Notes: generated by a model not told the origin, from the sequence alone. A DNA stretch of 64,000 nucleotides from Vicinamibacterales bacterium (GCA_965220695.1 OZ244838.1:3395293-3459292), one strand, 5' to 3'; positions 23,634-35,244 are shown, counted from the first letter of the stretch. A program made the numbers and translations.

Positions 23634-24029
23634 CTATTTCAGCTCCGCCTTCGCTCCCACGGCCTCGAACTTTTTCACGATGGCCTCGGCTTCGTCCTTG
23701 GGGATGGCTTCCTTGACCACCGTGGGGGCGCTTTCGACCAGATCTTTCGCTTCCTTCAGACCGAGGCTGGTCACTTCGCGGACGGTCTTGATGACGTTTA
23801 TCTTCTTTGCACCGATCTCGGTCAGCGAAACCGTGAACTCGGTCTGCTCCTCGACCGCTTCGGCAGCCGCACCAGGCGCCGCCGCGCCGGCCATTGCAAC
23901 CGGCATCGCGGCCGCCGCCGACACGCCGAGTTCTGCCTCAAGCGTCTTCACCAACTGAGACAACTCCAGCACGGAGATGCCCTTGATGTACTCAACGACC
24001 TGTTCTTGCGTCACGTCAGCCATGGTCAT
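23634..24029 (-). CDS. rplL: 50S ribosomal protein L7/L12
   Basis: ORF-track 131 aa with Ala-rich hinge and C-terminal ...[13 protein letters not shown]. Confidence 0.95.
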   Translation of the reverse strand: MTMADVTQEQVVEYIKGISVLELSQLVKTLEAELGVSAAAAMPVAMAGAAAPGAAAEAVEEQTEFTVSLTEIGAKKINVIKTVREVTSLGLKEAKDLVESAPTVVKEAIPKDEAEAIVKKFEAVGAKAELK

Positions 24030-24080
24030 GTCACTCCTGCGAGTTCCGACGGGTCGACCCGCTTCGGACCCGTGATTGAG

Positions 24081-24605
24081 TCAATCCGATTTCTTCTTCT
24101 CCGCCTGCGAAAGCACACTGAGCAGGTCACGCGGCACGGCGCTCAACACCCGCAGGAACTGGGTCATCGGCGCCTGCAGTTGCATCAGCAACGTGGCCTG
24201 CAACACCTCCTTTGAGGGCAATTCGGCCAGATGCTCGACCTCAGCCGCCGCCACCAGACGTCCGGCCACCATCCCGGTCTTGACCTTCAGTTCCGGGCTG
24301 TCCTTGGCGAACGTCACTAGCGCCTTGGCCAGTCCGACGGGGTCGTCGTCGCTGTAGGCGATCGCCGTCGCGCCCTGGAACGCGTCCCCCAACAACTGGA
24401 AGGCGGTGCCCTGAACCGCACGCCGGGCCAGTCGGTTCTTGACGACGCGATAACTGCCCCGCGCCGCACGCACCTGGCGGCGCAACGCCGTCACTTTCGG
24501 CACGTCCAGGCCGGTAAAGTCCAGCAGAACCATGCTGTCGGCGTTGGACAGTGCCTCACCCAGTTGCTTGACCGATTCTTCCTTGACGCTTCTACTGACC
24601 GGCAT
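24081..24605 (-). CDS. rplJ: 50S ribosomal protein L10
   Basis: ORF 24081..24650. Start set to ATG 24605 ([15 protein letters not shown]...), AAGGA upstream. Confidence 0.9.
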   Translation of the reverse strand: MPVSRSVKEESVKQLGEALSNADSMVLLDFTGLDVPKVTALRRQVRAARGSYRVVKNRLARRAVQGTAFQLLGDAFQGATAIAYSDDDPVGLAKALVTFAKDSPELKVKTGMVAGRLVAAAEVEHLAELPSKEVLQATLLMQLQAPMTQFLRVLSAVPRDLLSVLSQAEKKKSD

Positions 24606-24672
24606 TCGATTATCTATCCTTAACGTGCACGGCACCTTTCCCGGCGCCACACAGGATTCTCATCATGGACTG

Positions 24673-25383
24673 CTAGGCACTCGCCGCCAGCGCATCGGCG
24701 TTGGTAGCGTCAATCGTGACCCCTGGCCCCATCGTCGACGCCACCGTCACACTCCGTACATACTTGCCTTTGGCCGCCGACGGCCTGGCGCGGATGACGC
24801 TGGCGATGAGCGCCTGCGCGTTCTCCACCAAGCGTTCGGCATCGAAGGACGACTTGCCGATCGGGGCATGTACCACACCGGCTTTGTCAACCCGATAGTT
24901 CACCTTGCCGGCCTTGATTTCCCGCACAGCCCGGGCGACATCGAACGTCACCGTGCCGGTCTTGGGATTCGGCATCAACCCTCGCGGCCCGAGCACCTTT
25001 CCCAGCTTCCCGACCACCCGCATCATGTCCGGCGTCGCCACGACGGCATCGAACTCGAGCCAACCGCCCTGAATTCGATTGACCACTTCCTCGCCACCGA
25101 CGATGTCGGCGCCCGCGTCCTCGGCCTCTCTTTGTTTCTCACCTGACGCCACCACCAGGACCCGCTTCGAGCGTCCCAATCCATGCGGAAGAATGACAGT
25201 GCCCCGTACCATCTGGTCCGCGTGCTTTGGGTTCACCCCCAGACGCAGGGCGATCTCCACCGATTCATCGAACCCGGCGAAACGCACTTTCTGCACCAGC
25301 GGAATTGCCTCGTCGAGGGTGTACGCTCGTTTCTCGACCTGCTCTTCGGCGGTCCTGAGTTTCCTGCCCTTCTTCGCCATCAC
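24673..25383 (-). CDS. rplA: 50S ribosomal protein L1
   Basis: ORF-track 236 aa, ...[26 protein letters not shown]... Confidence 0.95.
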   Translation of the reverse strand: MMAKKGRKLRTAEEQVEKRAYTLDEAIPLVQKVRFAGFDESVEIALRLGVNPKHADQMVRGTVILPHGLGRSKRVLVVASGEKQREAEDAGADIVGGEEVVNRIQGGWLEFDAVVATPDMMRVVGKLGKVLGPRGLMPNPKTGTVTFDVARAVREIKAGKVNYRVDKAGVVHAPIGKSSFDAERLVENAQALIASVIRARPSAAKGKYVRSVTVASTMGPGVTIDATNADALAASA

Positions 25384-25415
25384 TGCCCCCGCCCGTTTTG
25401 ATTCGTTGCTACCGG

Positions 25416-25841
25416 TCAGCGTTCAATTGAAATGCCCATGGAGCGCGCCGTCCCCGAAACGACCCGGACGGCGCCTGCCAGGTCACTGCAATTGAGATCC
25501 GGCATCTTGGTCTTCGCGATTTCTTCGACCTGGGTCGTGGTGACCGTGCCGACCTTCGTACGATTCGGCTCGTCAGACCCTTTCGCGATGTTCGCCGCGC
25601 GCTTCAGGAGTACCGCGGCGGGCGGAGTCTTGGTAATGAAGCTCAACGTCCGATCCGCGTAGATCGTGACCACCGCCGGAATAATGAGTCCCTCCTGGCT
25701 GGCGGTCTTCGCATTGAAGGCCTTGCAGAAGTCCATGATGTTCACACCGTGGGGACCGAGCGCCGTGCCGACCGGCGGGGCGGGTGTCGCCTTCCCCGCG
25801 GCGATCTGGAGCTTGACCATTCCGATGACCTTCTTCGCCAT
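25416..25841 (-). CDS. rplK: 50S ribosomal protein L11
   Basis: ORF 25416..25889. Start set to ATG 25841 ([29 protein letters not shown]...). Confidence 0.93.
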   Translation of the reverse strand: MAKKVIGMVKLQIAAGKATPAPPVGTALGPHGVNIMDFCKAFNAKTASQEGLIIPAVVTIYADRTLSFITKTPPAAVLLKRAANIAKGSDEPNRTKVGTVTTTQVEEIAKTKMPDLNCSDLAGAVRVVSGTARSMGISIER

Positions 25842-25854
25842 GTCCCTCTGACCT

Positions 25855-26397
25855 CTACAGTTTTTCGACTTGCAGGAAATCGAGCTCAACCGGAGTCGAT
25901 CGCCCGAAAATCGTCACCATCACCTTCAATGTGTTCTTGTCGATATTGACGTCGTCCACCACGCCATTGAAACTGGCGAACGGACCCTCGTTGATCCGAA
26001 CCTGATCGCCCTTCTCGAACGTGTATTTCGGTTTGGGCTTTTCCGCCGCCACGGTGACCTGGTAGAGGATCTGGTCAACCTCATCACGCGTCAGCGGTGT
26101 CGGTTTCGACCCCGCACCGACGAATCCGGTCACCTTGGGCGTATTGCGCACCACATGCCAGGCGTTGTCCGACATCTGCATTTCGATCAGGATGTATCCG
26201 GGAAAGAACCGCTTGGAACTGACCACCCGCTTCCCACCGCGCATCTCGACGACATCCTCCGTCGGGATCAACACGTCGCCAATCTCCGCCTCGAGCCCGT
26301 AGGCCTGCACTCGTTGCCGAAGCGACTCCGATACTTTCTTCTCAAAGCCGGAATAGGTGTGGACGATATACCACTGCCTGGTGGTGACGTCGGTCAT
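25855..26397 (-). CDS. nusG: transcription termination/antitermination factor NusG
   Basis: ORF 25855..26595. Start set to ATG 26397 ([22 protein letters not shown]...). KOW C-terminus. Overlaps the secE stop by 4 nt. Confidence 0.92.
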   Translation of the reverse strand: MTDVTTRQWYIVHTYSGFEKKVSESLRQRVQAYGLEAEIGDVLIPTEDVVEMRGGKRVVSSKRFFPGYILIEMQMSDNAWHVVRNTPKVTGFVGAGSKPTPLTRDEVDQILYQVTVAAEKPKPKYTFEKGDQVRINEGPFASFNGVVDDVNIDKNTLKVMVTIFGRSTPVELDFLQVEKL

Positions 26398-26651
26398 TGC
26401 GCTCCAAACGTGGTGAAAAAGAACTGGGCCACTCGGACCAGAACCACATCGATGGCTGACAGATACAGGCCAAAAAACACGGACGTCAGGACCACGACGA
26501 GAGTGGTCGCGTACACCTCCTTGCGGGTCGGCCAAGTCACCCGCTCCATCTCGTTCTTGACTTGAGCGAGAAACACACGCGACCGACTGACCCACCCCGT
26601 TACCTTCGAGTGCGAGGTGTCCTTGGTGTGTTCGAGCCGTGCTGTCTTCAC
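26394..26651 (-). CDS. secE: preprotein translocase subunit SecE
   Basis: C-terminal part of ORF 26394..26819 (...[31 protein letters not shown]...). The N-terminal ORF part is tRNA-Trp read as protein. GTG 26651 is a tentative start. Confidence 0.75.
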   Translation of the reverse strand: MKTARLEHTKDTSHSKVTGWVSRSRVFLAQVKNEMERVTWPTRKEVYATTLVVVLTSVFFGLYLSAIDVVLVRVAQFFFTTFGAQ

Positions 26652-26731
26652 AAACTGACCGGTCCCTTCATCGCACGCAAACGAGCGGGCCTCGGCCCGC
26701 CCGCGTATGACCTGATCGCACCGGGCGTATC

Positions 26732-26807
26732 TGGCAGGCCAGGAGGGAATCGAACCCCCAACCCCCGGTTTTGGAGACCGGTGCTCTGCCAATTGAGCTA
26801 CTGGCCT
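26732..26807 (-). tRNA. tRNA-Trp (anticodon CCA)
   Basis: Hand-folded cloverleaf: AGGCCAG acceptor pairs with CTGGCCT; anticodon loop CTCCAAA; T-loop GGTTCGATTCC; CCA encoded. Confidence 0.9.
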
Positions 26808-26855
26808 ACGTACGTGCACGGGGTCGCACCCCGGACGCGCATCCCCGCACTTCCT

Positions 26856-27005
26856 CTACTTCGACTCTCGATGCACCGTATGCGTGCGGCACCACCGGCA
26901 GAATTTCTTGAACTCCAGCCGGCCCGTCGTCTTTCTCTTGTTCTTGGTCGTACTGTAGTTGCGCCGCTTGCAACCGGTGCACGCCAGGGAAATGATGTCC
27001 CGCAT
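26856..27005 (-). CDS. rpmG: 50S ribosomal protein L33 (Cys-containing form)
   Basis: Not in ORF track (<60 aa). Hand translation: [49 protein letters not shown]. Confidence 0.9.
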   Translation of the reverse strand: MRDIISLACTGCKRRNYSTTKNKRKTTGRLEFKKFCRWCRTHTVHRESK

Positions 27006-27062
27006 GGTCCTGATTCACTCGTCGCAACAGGAGTTCCGATCTCCCAATTACTGGTCTCGACC

Positions 27063-28257
<1,195 letters not shown>

Positions 28258-28351
28258 TGTCCGCTCACTCTGACGTCAATGCACCTGTTTCGGTGACTGG
28301 CCGTTCTCCGTCACCCGCCTCACCACCCCAGAGGATCTGGGCCTTGAACGC

Positions 28352-28427
<76 letters not shown>

Positions 28428-28500
28428 CCTCGGTCGCGTTCGTCTGCCGCCTTGCACCCCGGGCGTCTCGTCTCGATTCGGCCCATCGGCAACCGAAAAG

Positions 28501-28575
28501 TGGAGCGGGAGACGGGGATCGAACCCGCGACCAACAGCTTGGAAGGCTGTGACTCTACCACTGAGTTACTCCCGC
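28501..28575 (-). tRNA. tRNA-Gly (anticodon TCC)
   Basis: Hand-folded: acceptor GCGGGAG/CTCCCGC, anticodon loop CTTCCAA, GGTTCGATCCC T-arm, CCA encoded. Confidence 0.9.
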
Positions 28576-28707
28576 CTTCGTGACTCGCCTGCCTTCCGTG
28601 TCAATGGGGCAGACCCTCCTGGTTTTCCGCCGCCTGACGCGCCAAACCGCCGCTCCCGTCCACTCGACCCGCCGACACTGCCCAGGACCGCCGATCCGGG
28701 CGGAAGG

Positions 28708-28794
28708 TGGTGGCGAGGGGAGGATTCGAACCTCCGAAGGCGCTAGGCCGACAGATTTACAGTCTGTTGCGTTTGACCGCTCCGCAACCTCGCC
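28708..28794 (-). tRNA. tRNA-Tyr (anticodon GTA), long variable arm
   Basis: Hand-folded: acceptor GGCGAGG/CCTCGCC, anticodon loop CTGTAAA, long variable arm, GGTTCGAATCC T-arm, CCA encoded. Confidence 0.9.
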
Positions 28795-29182
28795 GATGAC
28801 ATCGACCTCAGCGGCCGTTGTACTTTCGTTCTTCTCGTTTGTCGCCGATTCCGCCCCGGCGGGCGCGTGGCCGCCTTGCGGTCACCTGTTCACTCGTGCC
28901 GTATCACAGACTGCGGACGAATCGCAGTGAGGGACACCATCAAACCGATATCTGCTGCTTGGAATACTCCATCGCGGCGCCGGATGGCGCTCGCTTGACG
29001 ATCGGATGGCGGCCTCCCCCTCGCAGCGGCGCCTGACCGTGAAACCAAGATGGCAGCGTTGCTCTCCCCTGGAGTATCGCCCCCGTTTACAGGGCGCTAC
29101 GACTGACCAACTCGGCACTGCGACCTTGACGCGACCGGAGCCCGCCGATCCGGCTCACACACCCGTGAAGTGTCAACGTTCC

Positions 29183-29259
29183 TGGAGCTGGCGAAGGGAT
29201 TCGAACCCCCGACCCGCTGATTACAAATCAGCTGCTCTACCGGACTGAGCTACGCCAGC
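29183..29259 (-). tRNA. tRNA-Thr (anticodon TGT)
   Basis: Hand-folded: acceptor GCTGGCG/CGCCAGC, anticodon loop TTTGTAA, GGTTCGAATCC T-arm, CCA encoded. Confidence 0.9.
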
Positions 29260-29273
29260 CGGACCAAACGGAA

Positions 29274-29304
29274 ATCATAGCACAATTCGTGCGACCCGTG
29301 GCAA
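29274..29304 (-). promoter_or_regulatory. candidate sigma70-type promoter of the tRNA-Thr/Tyr/Gly/Thr-tuf operon (extended -10)
   Basis: Minus strand TTGCCA-N19-TGC-TATGAT. The -10 ends 14 nt before the mature 5' end of tRNA-Thr(TGT). Confidence 0.5.
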
Positions 29305-29314
29305 CCGTCCGACG

Positions 29315-30112
29315 CTATTCCCCAACAACCTGGCGAGGGCGGGCGCCGGCGTCCGGCGTACGTCGTCGTTCCGTGACCTGCGGCGCCGATGTACGGCGTG
29401 ACGGGTCGACTTGCCGTTGGCGCACCGCTTCGTACAGCACAACCCCGGCCGCCACACCGACATTCAGGCTGTTCACCCATCCGAGCATCGGGATCGACAC
29501 AACGCGGTCGCATCGTTCGCGTACGAGTCGCCTCAGCCCCCGGCCTTCGCTGCCCAGAACCACCGCAGTGGACACCGTGAGGTCAAGACCGCCATAGAGC
29601 GGCTCCCCGTCGGCCTCGAGCCCCACCACGGAGATTCCAGCCGCCTGCAGTCGGTTCAGCGTACGAGCGATGTTCACGACCGACGCCAGCCGCACATGCG
29701 CCAACGCTCCAGCCGACGTCTTCGCTACGGACGCCAGCGGTGCCGCCCGGCGCGTCTGCCTGATGACGCCTGCAACACCGGCCGCATCCGCCGTCCTGAG
29801 AATCGCGCCGAGATTCTGAGGATCCTCGATCCCATCGAGCACCAGGTACAGCGCCGGTTCGGCTGACCCCGCGAGCAGCTCCTCCAAACTCAGGATGGCC
29901 GGCGCCGTCGCGTCGGCTACCACTCCCTGGTGCGTCCTACCGCCAGCGGCGCGGTAAAGTGCCGACACCGGCACCTGTGTAACCGGCACCCCCGCCCGCG
30001 CTGCCAAACGGCGGACCTCGGCCGTCTTTCGCGACACGCTCGCCAGACGGATCGCCCGCACCCGACCGGCGCGGAGTCCTTCAATGACGGCATTGACGCC
30101 GTAGATGATCAT
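29315..30112 (-). CDS. rlmB: TrmH/SpoU-family rRNA 2'-O-methyltransferase (RlmB-like)
   Basis: ORF-track 265 aa. N-terminal substrate-binding-like region, then SpoU motifs (LDGIEDPQNLGAILRTADAAG, VLGSEGRGL, IPMLGWVNSLNVGVAAGVVLYE). Confidence 0.75.
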   Translation of the reverse strand: MIIYGVNAVIEGLRAGRVRAIRLASVSRKTAEVRRLAARAGVPVTQVPVSALYRAAGGRTHQGVVADATAPAILSLEELLAGSAEPALYLVLDGIEDPQNLGAILRTADAAGVAGVIRQTRRAAPLASVAKTSAGALAHVRLASVVNIARTLNRLQAAGISVVGLEADGEPLYGGLDLTVSTAVVLGSEGRGLRRLVRERCDRVVSIPMLGWVNSLNVGVAAGVVLYEAVRQRQVDPSRRTSAPQVTERRRTPDAGARPRQVVGE

Positions 30113-30124
30113 GACGTCTGTTCT

Positions 30125-31282
30125 TCAGATTGATCGCAGCATCGCCACTGCCTGGGTGGCAATTGCCTCGCCCCGACCAGTCGCATCGACACCCTCGTTG
30201 GTCTTGCCCTTGATACTCACCCTCGACGGGTCGATACCAATGACCGAGGCGAGCGACTGACGCATCCGGGCAACGTGTGGACCGATCTTCGGCCGCTCGG
30301 CGATGACCACCACGTCCAGGTTTACTACCTCGAACCCCCGGTCCCGCACGAGATCCACGACAGCGCGCAGGAGTTCCGTGCTCGCGGCGCCGCTCCAGCG
30401 AGGGTCCGAATCAGGGAAATGCTGGCCAATGTCTCCGGCCGCGGCCGCTCCGAGGATAGCGTCCGTCACGGCGTGACAGACGGCGTCGGCATCCGAGTGT
30501 CCACTCAACCCGCGATCATGCGGTATTTCCACGCCGCCCAGGATGAGCGGCCGTCCCTCAACGAACCGGTGCAGGTCGTATCCCAATCCTACGCGGCCGG
30601 TCGCCATGTTGTCCCCAAGCAATCGATGCGCGGTGGTCAGATCGCGCACGGTCGTGATCTTGATGTTGTGCGGGTCGCCCTCGACAAGCGCTACGCGGTG
30701 TCCCGCGTGCTCGGCCAGGACAGCTTCGTCGGTTGCCTGCACCCCTCGCCGGCCCAGACGAATGGCATCGGCCAGGACGGAGCGCCGAAAAGCCTGCGGC
30801 GTCTGGGCCAGGACGAGCATCTCCCGCGCCAAAGTCCGACCGACGAATTCAGCGTCGCCGACCGACCGCTGCTTGACAGTGTCATGGGCAGAGAGCGCTG
30901 CAATCGCGGCACCATGCCGTGCGGCGGCGTCGATGGTGCGAACTATGAGGTCGTCCGGGCATAGTGGTCGGGCAGCATCATGAATGACGATGATCCCGCT
31001 CTGCGGCGACGCTGCATCGAACCCGGCCGCGACCGACTCCTGGCGCCGCACTCCCCCGGTAACGACCCGTAGCGCAGTCCCCTGATACGCCGTGGCCGGC
31101 GGCACGTCTGTCGACTCCTCCGGGGACACGACGAGCACGATCTCGTCCACCCGGCTGCAGCGGTCGAAGGCATCGACGCTCCGTTGTACGATGGTCGTCC
31201 CTCCAAGCGACAGAAACTGCTTGGGCGTATCGTCGCCGATCCTGGCACCCCGTCCCGCGGCCGCGATGATCGCCGTCACCAT
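30125..31282 (-). CDS. ispDF: bifunctional IspD/IspF (MEP cytidylyltransferase / MECDP synthase)
   Basis: ORF-track 385 aa. N-terminal AAGRGARIG...PKQF (IspD); C-terminal GLGYDLHRF...GHSDADAVCHA (IspF). Confidence 0.9.
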   Translation of the reverse strand: MVTAIIAAAGRGARIGDDTPKQFLSLGGTTIVQRSVDAFDRCSRVDEIVLVVSPEESTDVPPATAYQGTALRVVTGGVRRQESVAAGFDAASPQSGIIVIHDAARPLCPDDLIVRTIDAAARHGAAIAALSAHDTVKQRSVGDAEFVGRTLAREMLVLAQTPQAFRRSVLADAIRLGRRGVQATDEAVLAEHAGHRVALVEGDPHNIKITTVRDLTTAHRLLGDNMATGRVGLGYDLHRFVEGRPLILGGVEIPHDRGLSGHSDADAVCHAVTDAILGAAAAGDIGQHFPDSDPRWSGAASTELLRAVVDLVRDRGFEVVNLDVVVIAERPKIGPHVARMRQSLASVIGIDPSRVSIKGKTNEGVDATGRGEAIATQAVAMLRSI

Positions 31283-32676
31283 TCGGAGTGCCGTTCTTCG
31301 GGAAGCGAAGACCAGAGACCGTCGATCGCCGCGCCAATAGTATCGACCCCGTACAGCTCACAGCCAGGGGCGGTGACGTCCGGCCCGCAGTTTCCGGACG
31401 GCATGATGCACCGCGTGAACCCCATTTGCTGCGCCTCACGCACACGCAACTCAGCCTGCGTCCCAGCCCTGACCTCACCCGCGAGACCAATCTCGCCGAA
31501 CATGACGATGTGAGATGGTACCGGCTGGTTGCGCACGCTCGATGTGACTGCCGCAGCGATGGCCAGGTCGGCCGCAGGTTCAGTCACCATGACGCCGCCC
31601 GGCACGTTGACAAAGACATCCTCGCCCGCCAGATGCAAGCCGGCCCGCTTCTCGAGCACCGTCAGCAACAGTGACAAACGCTGCCGATCGATGCCGCTCG
31701 TCACCCGTTGCGCGTTGCCGTATGCGCCGGTACCGACAAGCGCCTGCACTTCAACCAGGATCGGCCGCGATCCTTCTACCGAACACAGTACGACCGAACC
31801 GGCGACGCCCGCTTTGCGCTCGGCCAGGAAGAGTTGAGATGGGTTGGGCACGACTTCGAGCCCGCCAGCGGTCATGCGAAACACGCCCAGTTCACTGACG
31901 GGGCCGAAACGATTCTTGACGGCCCGGACAATGCGGTGCGAATGATGGCGGTCACCCTCGAAATAGAGCACCGTATCAACCACGTGCTCCAACACTTTGG
32001 GTCCGGCCAGGCCGCCCTGCTTTGTCACATGTCCAACCAGAAGCACCGGTACGTTCCGGCTCTTCGCCCAGAACAGCAACTGCATCGCCGCCTCGCGAAC
32101 TTGACCAATCGTTCCCGGCGCCGCCCCGAGCTTCGAAGAATACAGCGTCTGAATGGAATCGACGATGACGAGCCCGGGCAACACCCGAGCGCACTCGTCC
32201 AACATCCGCTCGAGACAGGTCTCCGCCAACAGATACAGCGGCGCCGCTTGCACTCCGAGCCGCTCTCCCCGGACCCGGACCTGATGGGGCGACTCCTCGC
32301 CAGAGCAATACAACACCGGCCGCCCACTCGTGGCGACTTGCCCTGCCGCCTGCAACAGCAGCGTCGACTTGCCGATCCCGGGCTCACCTCCCAGCAGCAC
32401 CAGGGAGCCCGGCACCAGCCCACCCCCCAGCACGCGGTCAAGCTCGCTCACGCCCGTCGGCGACCGCTCGGCGTCGTGCGAGTCAATCTGCGAGTAGAGC
32501 TGCGCGTGTGCGCCATCGCCAGTCAGGACCGCTCGCGTGTCCGGAGCGGACGTGGCGGTCTGCACTTGTTCCTCGGCCAGCGCGTTCCATTCACCGCAGT
32601 CCGGGCAGCGCCCCAACCACTTGCGCGATTGCGAGCCGCAATTCTGGCAGACGAAGACGGTACTTGGTGTCTTCAT
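31276..32676 (-). CDS. radA: DNA repair protein RadA/Sms
   Basis: ORF-track 466 aa. Zn-finger CQNCGSQSRKWLGRCPDCGEWN; Walker A GEPGIGKSTLLLQ; Lon-like C-terminus. Confidence 0.93.
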   Translation of the reverse strand: MKTPSTVFVCQNCGSQSRKWLGRCPDCGEWNALAEEQVQTATSAPDTRAVLTGDGAHAQLYSQIDSHDAERSPTGVSELDRVLGGGLVPGSLVLLGGEPGIGKSTLLLQAAGQVATSGRPVLYCSGEESPHQVRVRGERLGVQAAPLYLLAETCLERMLDECARVLPGLVIVDSIQTLYSSKLGAAPGTIGQVREAAMQLLFWAKSRNVPVLLVGHVTKQGGLAGPKVLEHVVDTVLYFEGDRHHSHRIVRAVKNRFGPVSELGVFRMTAGGLEVVPNPSQLFLAERKAGVAGSVVLCSVEGSRPILVEVQALVGTGAYGNAQRVTSGIDRQRLSLLLTVLEKRAGLHLAGEDVFVNVPGGVMVTEPAADLAIAAAVTSSVRNQPVPSHIVMFGEIGLAGEVRAGTQAELRVREAQQMGFTRCIMPSGNCGPDVTAPGCELYGVDTIGAAIDGLWSSLPEERHSEW

Positions 32677-33848
32677 GACGCAGAGTGGGCAGCCATGGTG
32701 GCCGGATCCGGGTCATACGTCCGCACGATGCGGCTCCCGGTCCGGCAGAGAATCTCGTGTGGCACGGTGCCGATCGTGGTGGCCACCTCGTCGGCTCCGA
32801 TGCTGTCCCCCGCCTGAGCACCGAGCAGCACGACTTCGTCTCCAGGAGTGACGTCAAGTCCGGTGACGTCAATCGTGATCGAATCCATACAGACGGACCC
32901 CAGGACCGGCGCCCGCCGGCCGCCGACGATCACCGACCCCCGCCCAGCCAGACGAACGTCCAGCCCATCCGCGTAGCCCGCCGGCACCACCGCCACGGTC
33001 GTGGGCCGCGTCACGACCGACCGCGCCCCGTAGCCGGCAGTCTCCCCGACGCGGATGCCCTTCACCGCCACCACCCGACTGTGCAGAGTCATCGCCGCGG
33101 TCAGCGGCAGTAATCCGGCCTGTCCGCGGGGCGCCACACCGTACAGCAACAGCCCGGGCCGCACTGCCTCGTACCACGTGCGGCGGTCCCGCAGCAGGGC
33201 GGCGCTGTTTGCGGCATGGCGCAGTCGGGGACGGACGCCGAGCGTTGCCAGATGCTCGACAGCATGATCGAAACGCTCAATCTGCTGGTCGAACAGACGG
33301 TGTGACGGGTCTTCAGCGGTTGCGAAGTGGGTATACACAGCGTCAATGTCCAGCCCGGATCCGCCGCATACATCAGGCATGGTGGACGATAGGTTGTCAT
33401 GCCGGAATCCAAATCGGTTCATTCCGGTATCGATCTTCAGATGGCAGACCACCTTCGTGTGTCGCCGGGAGGCAGCGTTGCGCAGCGCCAGCGCCGCGAA
33501 CGGCGAGGATATCGTGGGAGTCAGACCGTAGGAAAACACGCCATCGAGATCACTGACACTGAGAGCGCCGAACACCAGGATCGGCACACCAACCCCGCCG
33601 CGTCGAAGCTCCACCCCCTCTTCTATGTCGGCGCACGCCAGCATGCGCGCCCCGGCAGCCTCGAGCGCTCGGGCCACAGGCACGGCACCATGTCCATACC
33701 CGTTCGCCTTGACGACGGCAATCACGTCAGCACACCGCGAATCGCCGCCGAGATGCGCCACAACCGACAGGAAGTTCGCGCGGACCGCGTTGAGATCAAT
33801 GTGGGCAAACGTCGGTCGAGCCACGACAATTGGGGTGTCGGGAGCCAC
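32673..33848 (-). CDS. alr: alanine racemase
   Basis: ORF-track 391 aa. VVKANGYGHG PLP-Lys motif. GTG start with GGGAGG 5 nt upstream. ATGA overlap with radA. Confidence 0.9.
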   Translation of the reverse strand: MAPDTPIVVARPTFAHIDLNAVRANFLSVVAHLGGDSRCADVIAVVKANGYGHGAVPVARALEAAGARMLACADIEEGVELRRGGVGVPILVFGALSVSDLDGVFSYGLTPTISSPFAALALRNAASRRHTKVVCHLKIDTGMNRFGFRHDNLSSTMPDVCGGSGLDIDAVYTHFATAEDPSHRLFDQQIERFDHAVEHLATLGVRPRLRHAANSAALLRDRRTWYEAVRPGLLLYGVAPRGQAGLLPLTAAMTLHSRVVAVKGIRVGETAGYGARSVVTRPTTVAVVPAGYADGLDVRLAGRGSVIVGGRRAPVLGSVCMDSITIDVTGLDVTPGDEVVLLGAQAGDSIGADEVATTIGTVPHEILCRTGSRIVRTYDPDPATMAAHSAS

Positions 33849-33865
33849 AAGCGCCTCCCAGGTCT

Positions 33866-35215
33866 CTACTCGTAAGTGGCGTCCAGACTGGCGAACCGTG
33901 TCTGCTGCTTGAGGAACGCGAGCTTGACCGTGCCGGTCGGACCGTTCCGCTGCTTCCCGATGATGATCTCAGCCAGGTTCTCGTTCTCCCGGCTGGGTTC
34001 GTATTGCTCCTCACGATAGATGAACATCACGACGTCGGCATCCTGCTCGAGCGCGCCGGACTCTCTGAGATCCGAGAGTTGGGGACGCCGGTTGGACCGG
34101 CCTTCCGGCGCCCGGCTCAACTGCGACAGCACGATGACAGGAATCTTGAGCTCTTTGGCCAGCCCCTTCAGCGCGCGCGAAATCGCGGCCAACTCCTGGG
34201 TTCGGTTGTCGAACCGCCCCCGCCCCTGCATGAGCTGGATGTAGTCGACCACGACCATTTGCAAACCGTGCTCGGACTTCAGCCGGCGCGCCTTGGCGCG
34301 CATCTCCAGTACCCCGATTGATGCGGTGTCATCGATGAACACGTTGGCCTCGGCCAACCGACCCAGCGCGGCCGACAGCTCGCCGTAGTCATGATCGTTG
34401 AGAAACCCACCGCGGAACTTGTGCGAGTCGACCTGGGCCTCCGTGGTGAGCATGCGCATAAACAGTTGCTCTTTCGACATTTCCAGGCTGAACACACCGA
34501 TCGTCATGTCGGTCTTCACCCCGAGGTGTTGCGCGATGTTCAGGACGAACGCGGTCTTGCCCATCGATGGTCGCCCGGCGACAATGATCAAGTCCGAGGG
34601 CTGAAAGCCAGACGTCAGCGCGTCAAGGTCGGCGAACCCGCTCGCCACCCCGGTGACCAGCCCCTTGTGCTCTTGCAGCGTCTCGATCGCGTCAAAGCTA
34701 CCCTGTACGAGGTCTCGCAATGGAACGAAACCGGCATGAATCTTGTCGTCCGCGATCGAGAAGATGGATTCCTCGGCGCGGTCAAGCAGAGCGTCAGCAT
34801 CTTCTTCCGCGTTGTAGGCAGAGTCGAGAATGCGATTGGATGCGAATATCAAGTTACGGAGCGTCGCCTTCTCCTTGACGATGCGCGCGTAGTACTCCAC
34901 GTGCGTGGACCGTGGCACGCCATCGACCAATCCGGCGACGTATGCCGGCCCACCAACGGCGTCCAGGTCGCCGGTGCGGCCCAATTCGTCCTTGAGCGTC
35001 ACGAGATCGATCGCCTCGCCCCTTTCGTTGAGATCGACTATCTTGTCGAAGATGCGCCGGTGCGCGTCCCGATAGAAGTCATCGGCGTCGATCAGTTCGG
35101 CCGCCTGGTTGAACGCGTCGTTGTGAATGAGGATCGCGCCGAGGACACAGCGTTCCGCTTCGAGGTTGTGCGGCAGCGTACGTTCCGAGATGGCAGGGGA
35201 ATCCGGCATGGCCAT
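33866..35215 (-). CDS. dnaB: replicative DNA helicase DnaB
   Basis: ORF-track 449 aa. LPHNLEAERCVLGAIL N-terminus; Walker A GRPSMGKTAF. Confidence 0.95.
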   Translation of the reverse strand: MAMPDSPAISERTLPHNLEAERCVLGAILIHNDAFNQAAELIDADDFYRDAHRRIFDKIVDLNERGEAIDLVTLKDELGRTGDLDAVGGPAYVAGLVDGVPRSTHVEYYARIVKEKATLRNLIFASNRILDSAYNAEEDADALLDRAEESIFSIADDKIHAGFVPLRDLVQGSFDAIETLQEHKGLVTGVASGFADLDALTSGFQPSDLIIVAGRPSMGKTAFVLNIAQHLGVKTDMTIGVFSLEMSKEQLFMRMLTTEAQVDSHKFRGGFLNDHDYGELSAALGRLAEANVFIDDTASIGVLEMRAKARRLKSEHGLQMVVVDYIQLMQGRGRFDNRTQELAAISRALKGLAKELKIPVIVLSQLSRAPEGRSNRRPQLSDLRESGALEQDADVVMFIYREEQYEPSRENENLAEIIIGKQRNGPTGTVKLAFLKQQTRFASLDATYE

Positions 35216-35244
35216 GGCGCCATCCAGGACGGTGAGCGCGGGGG

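Noticed and set aside
28795-29182. RNase P RNA, tmRNA, SRP RNA or 6S RNA hidden in the long tRNA spacer
   Set aside because: None of the conserved blocks I recall is present on either strand (GAGGAAAGTCC, tRNA-like GGTTCGATTCC...CCA 3' end, GGAAGCAGCC). It is kept only as an unexplained-spacer finding.
30125-31282. IspD-IspF fusion as an unusual gene
   Set aside because: Fused ispDF is a known arrangement in several bacterial lineages. Nothing else is atypical.
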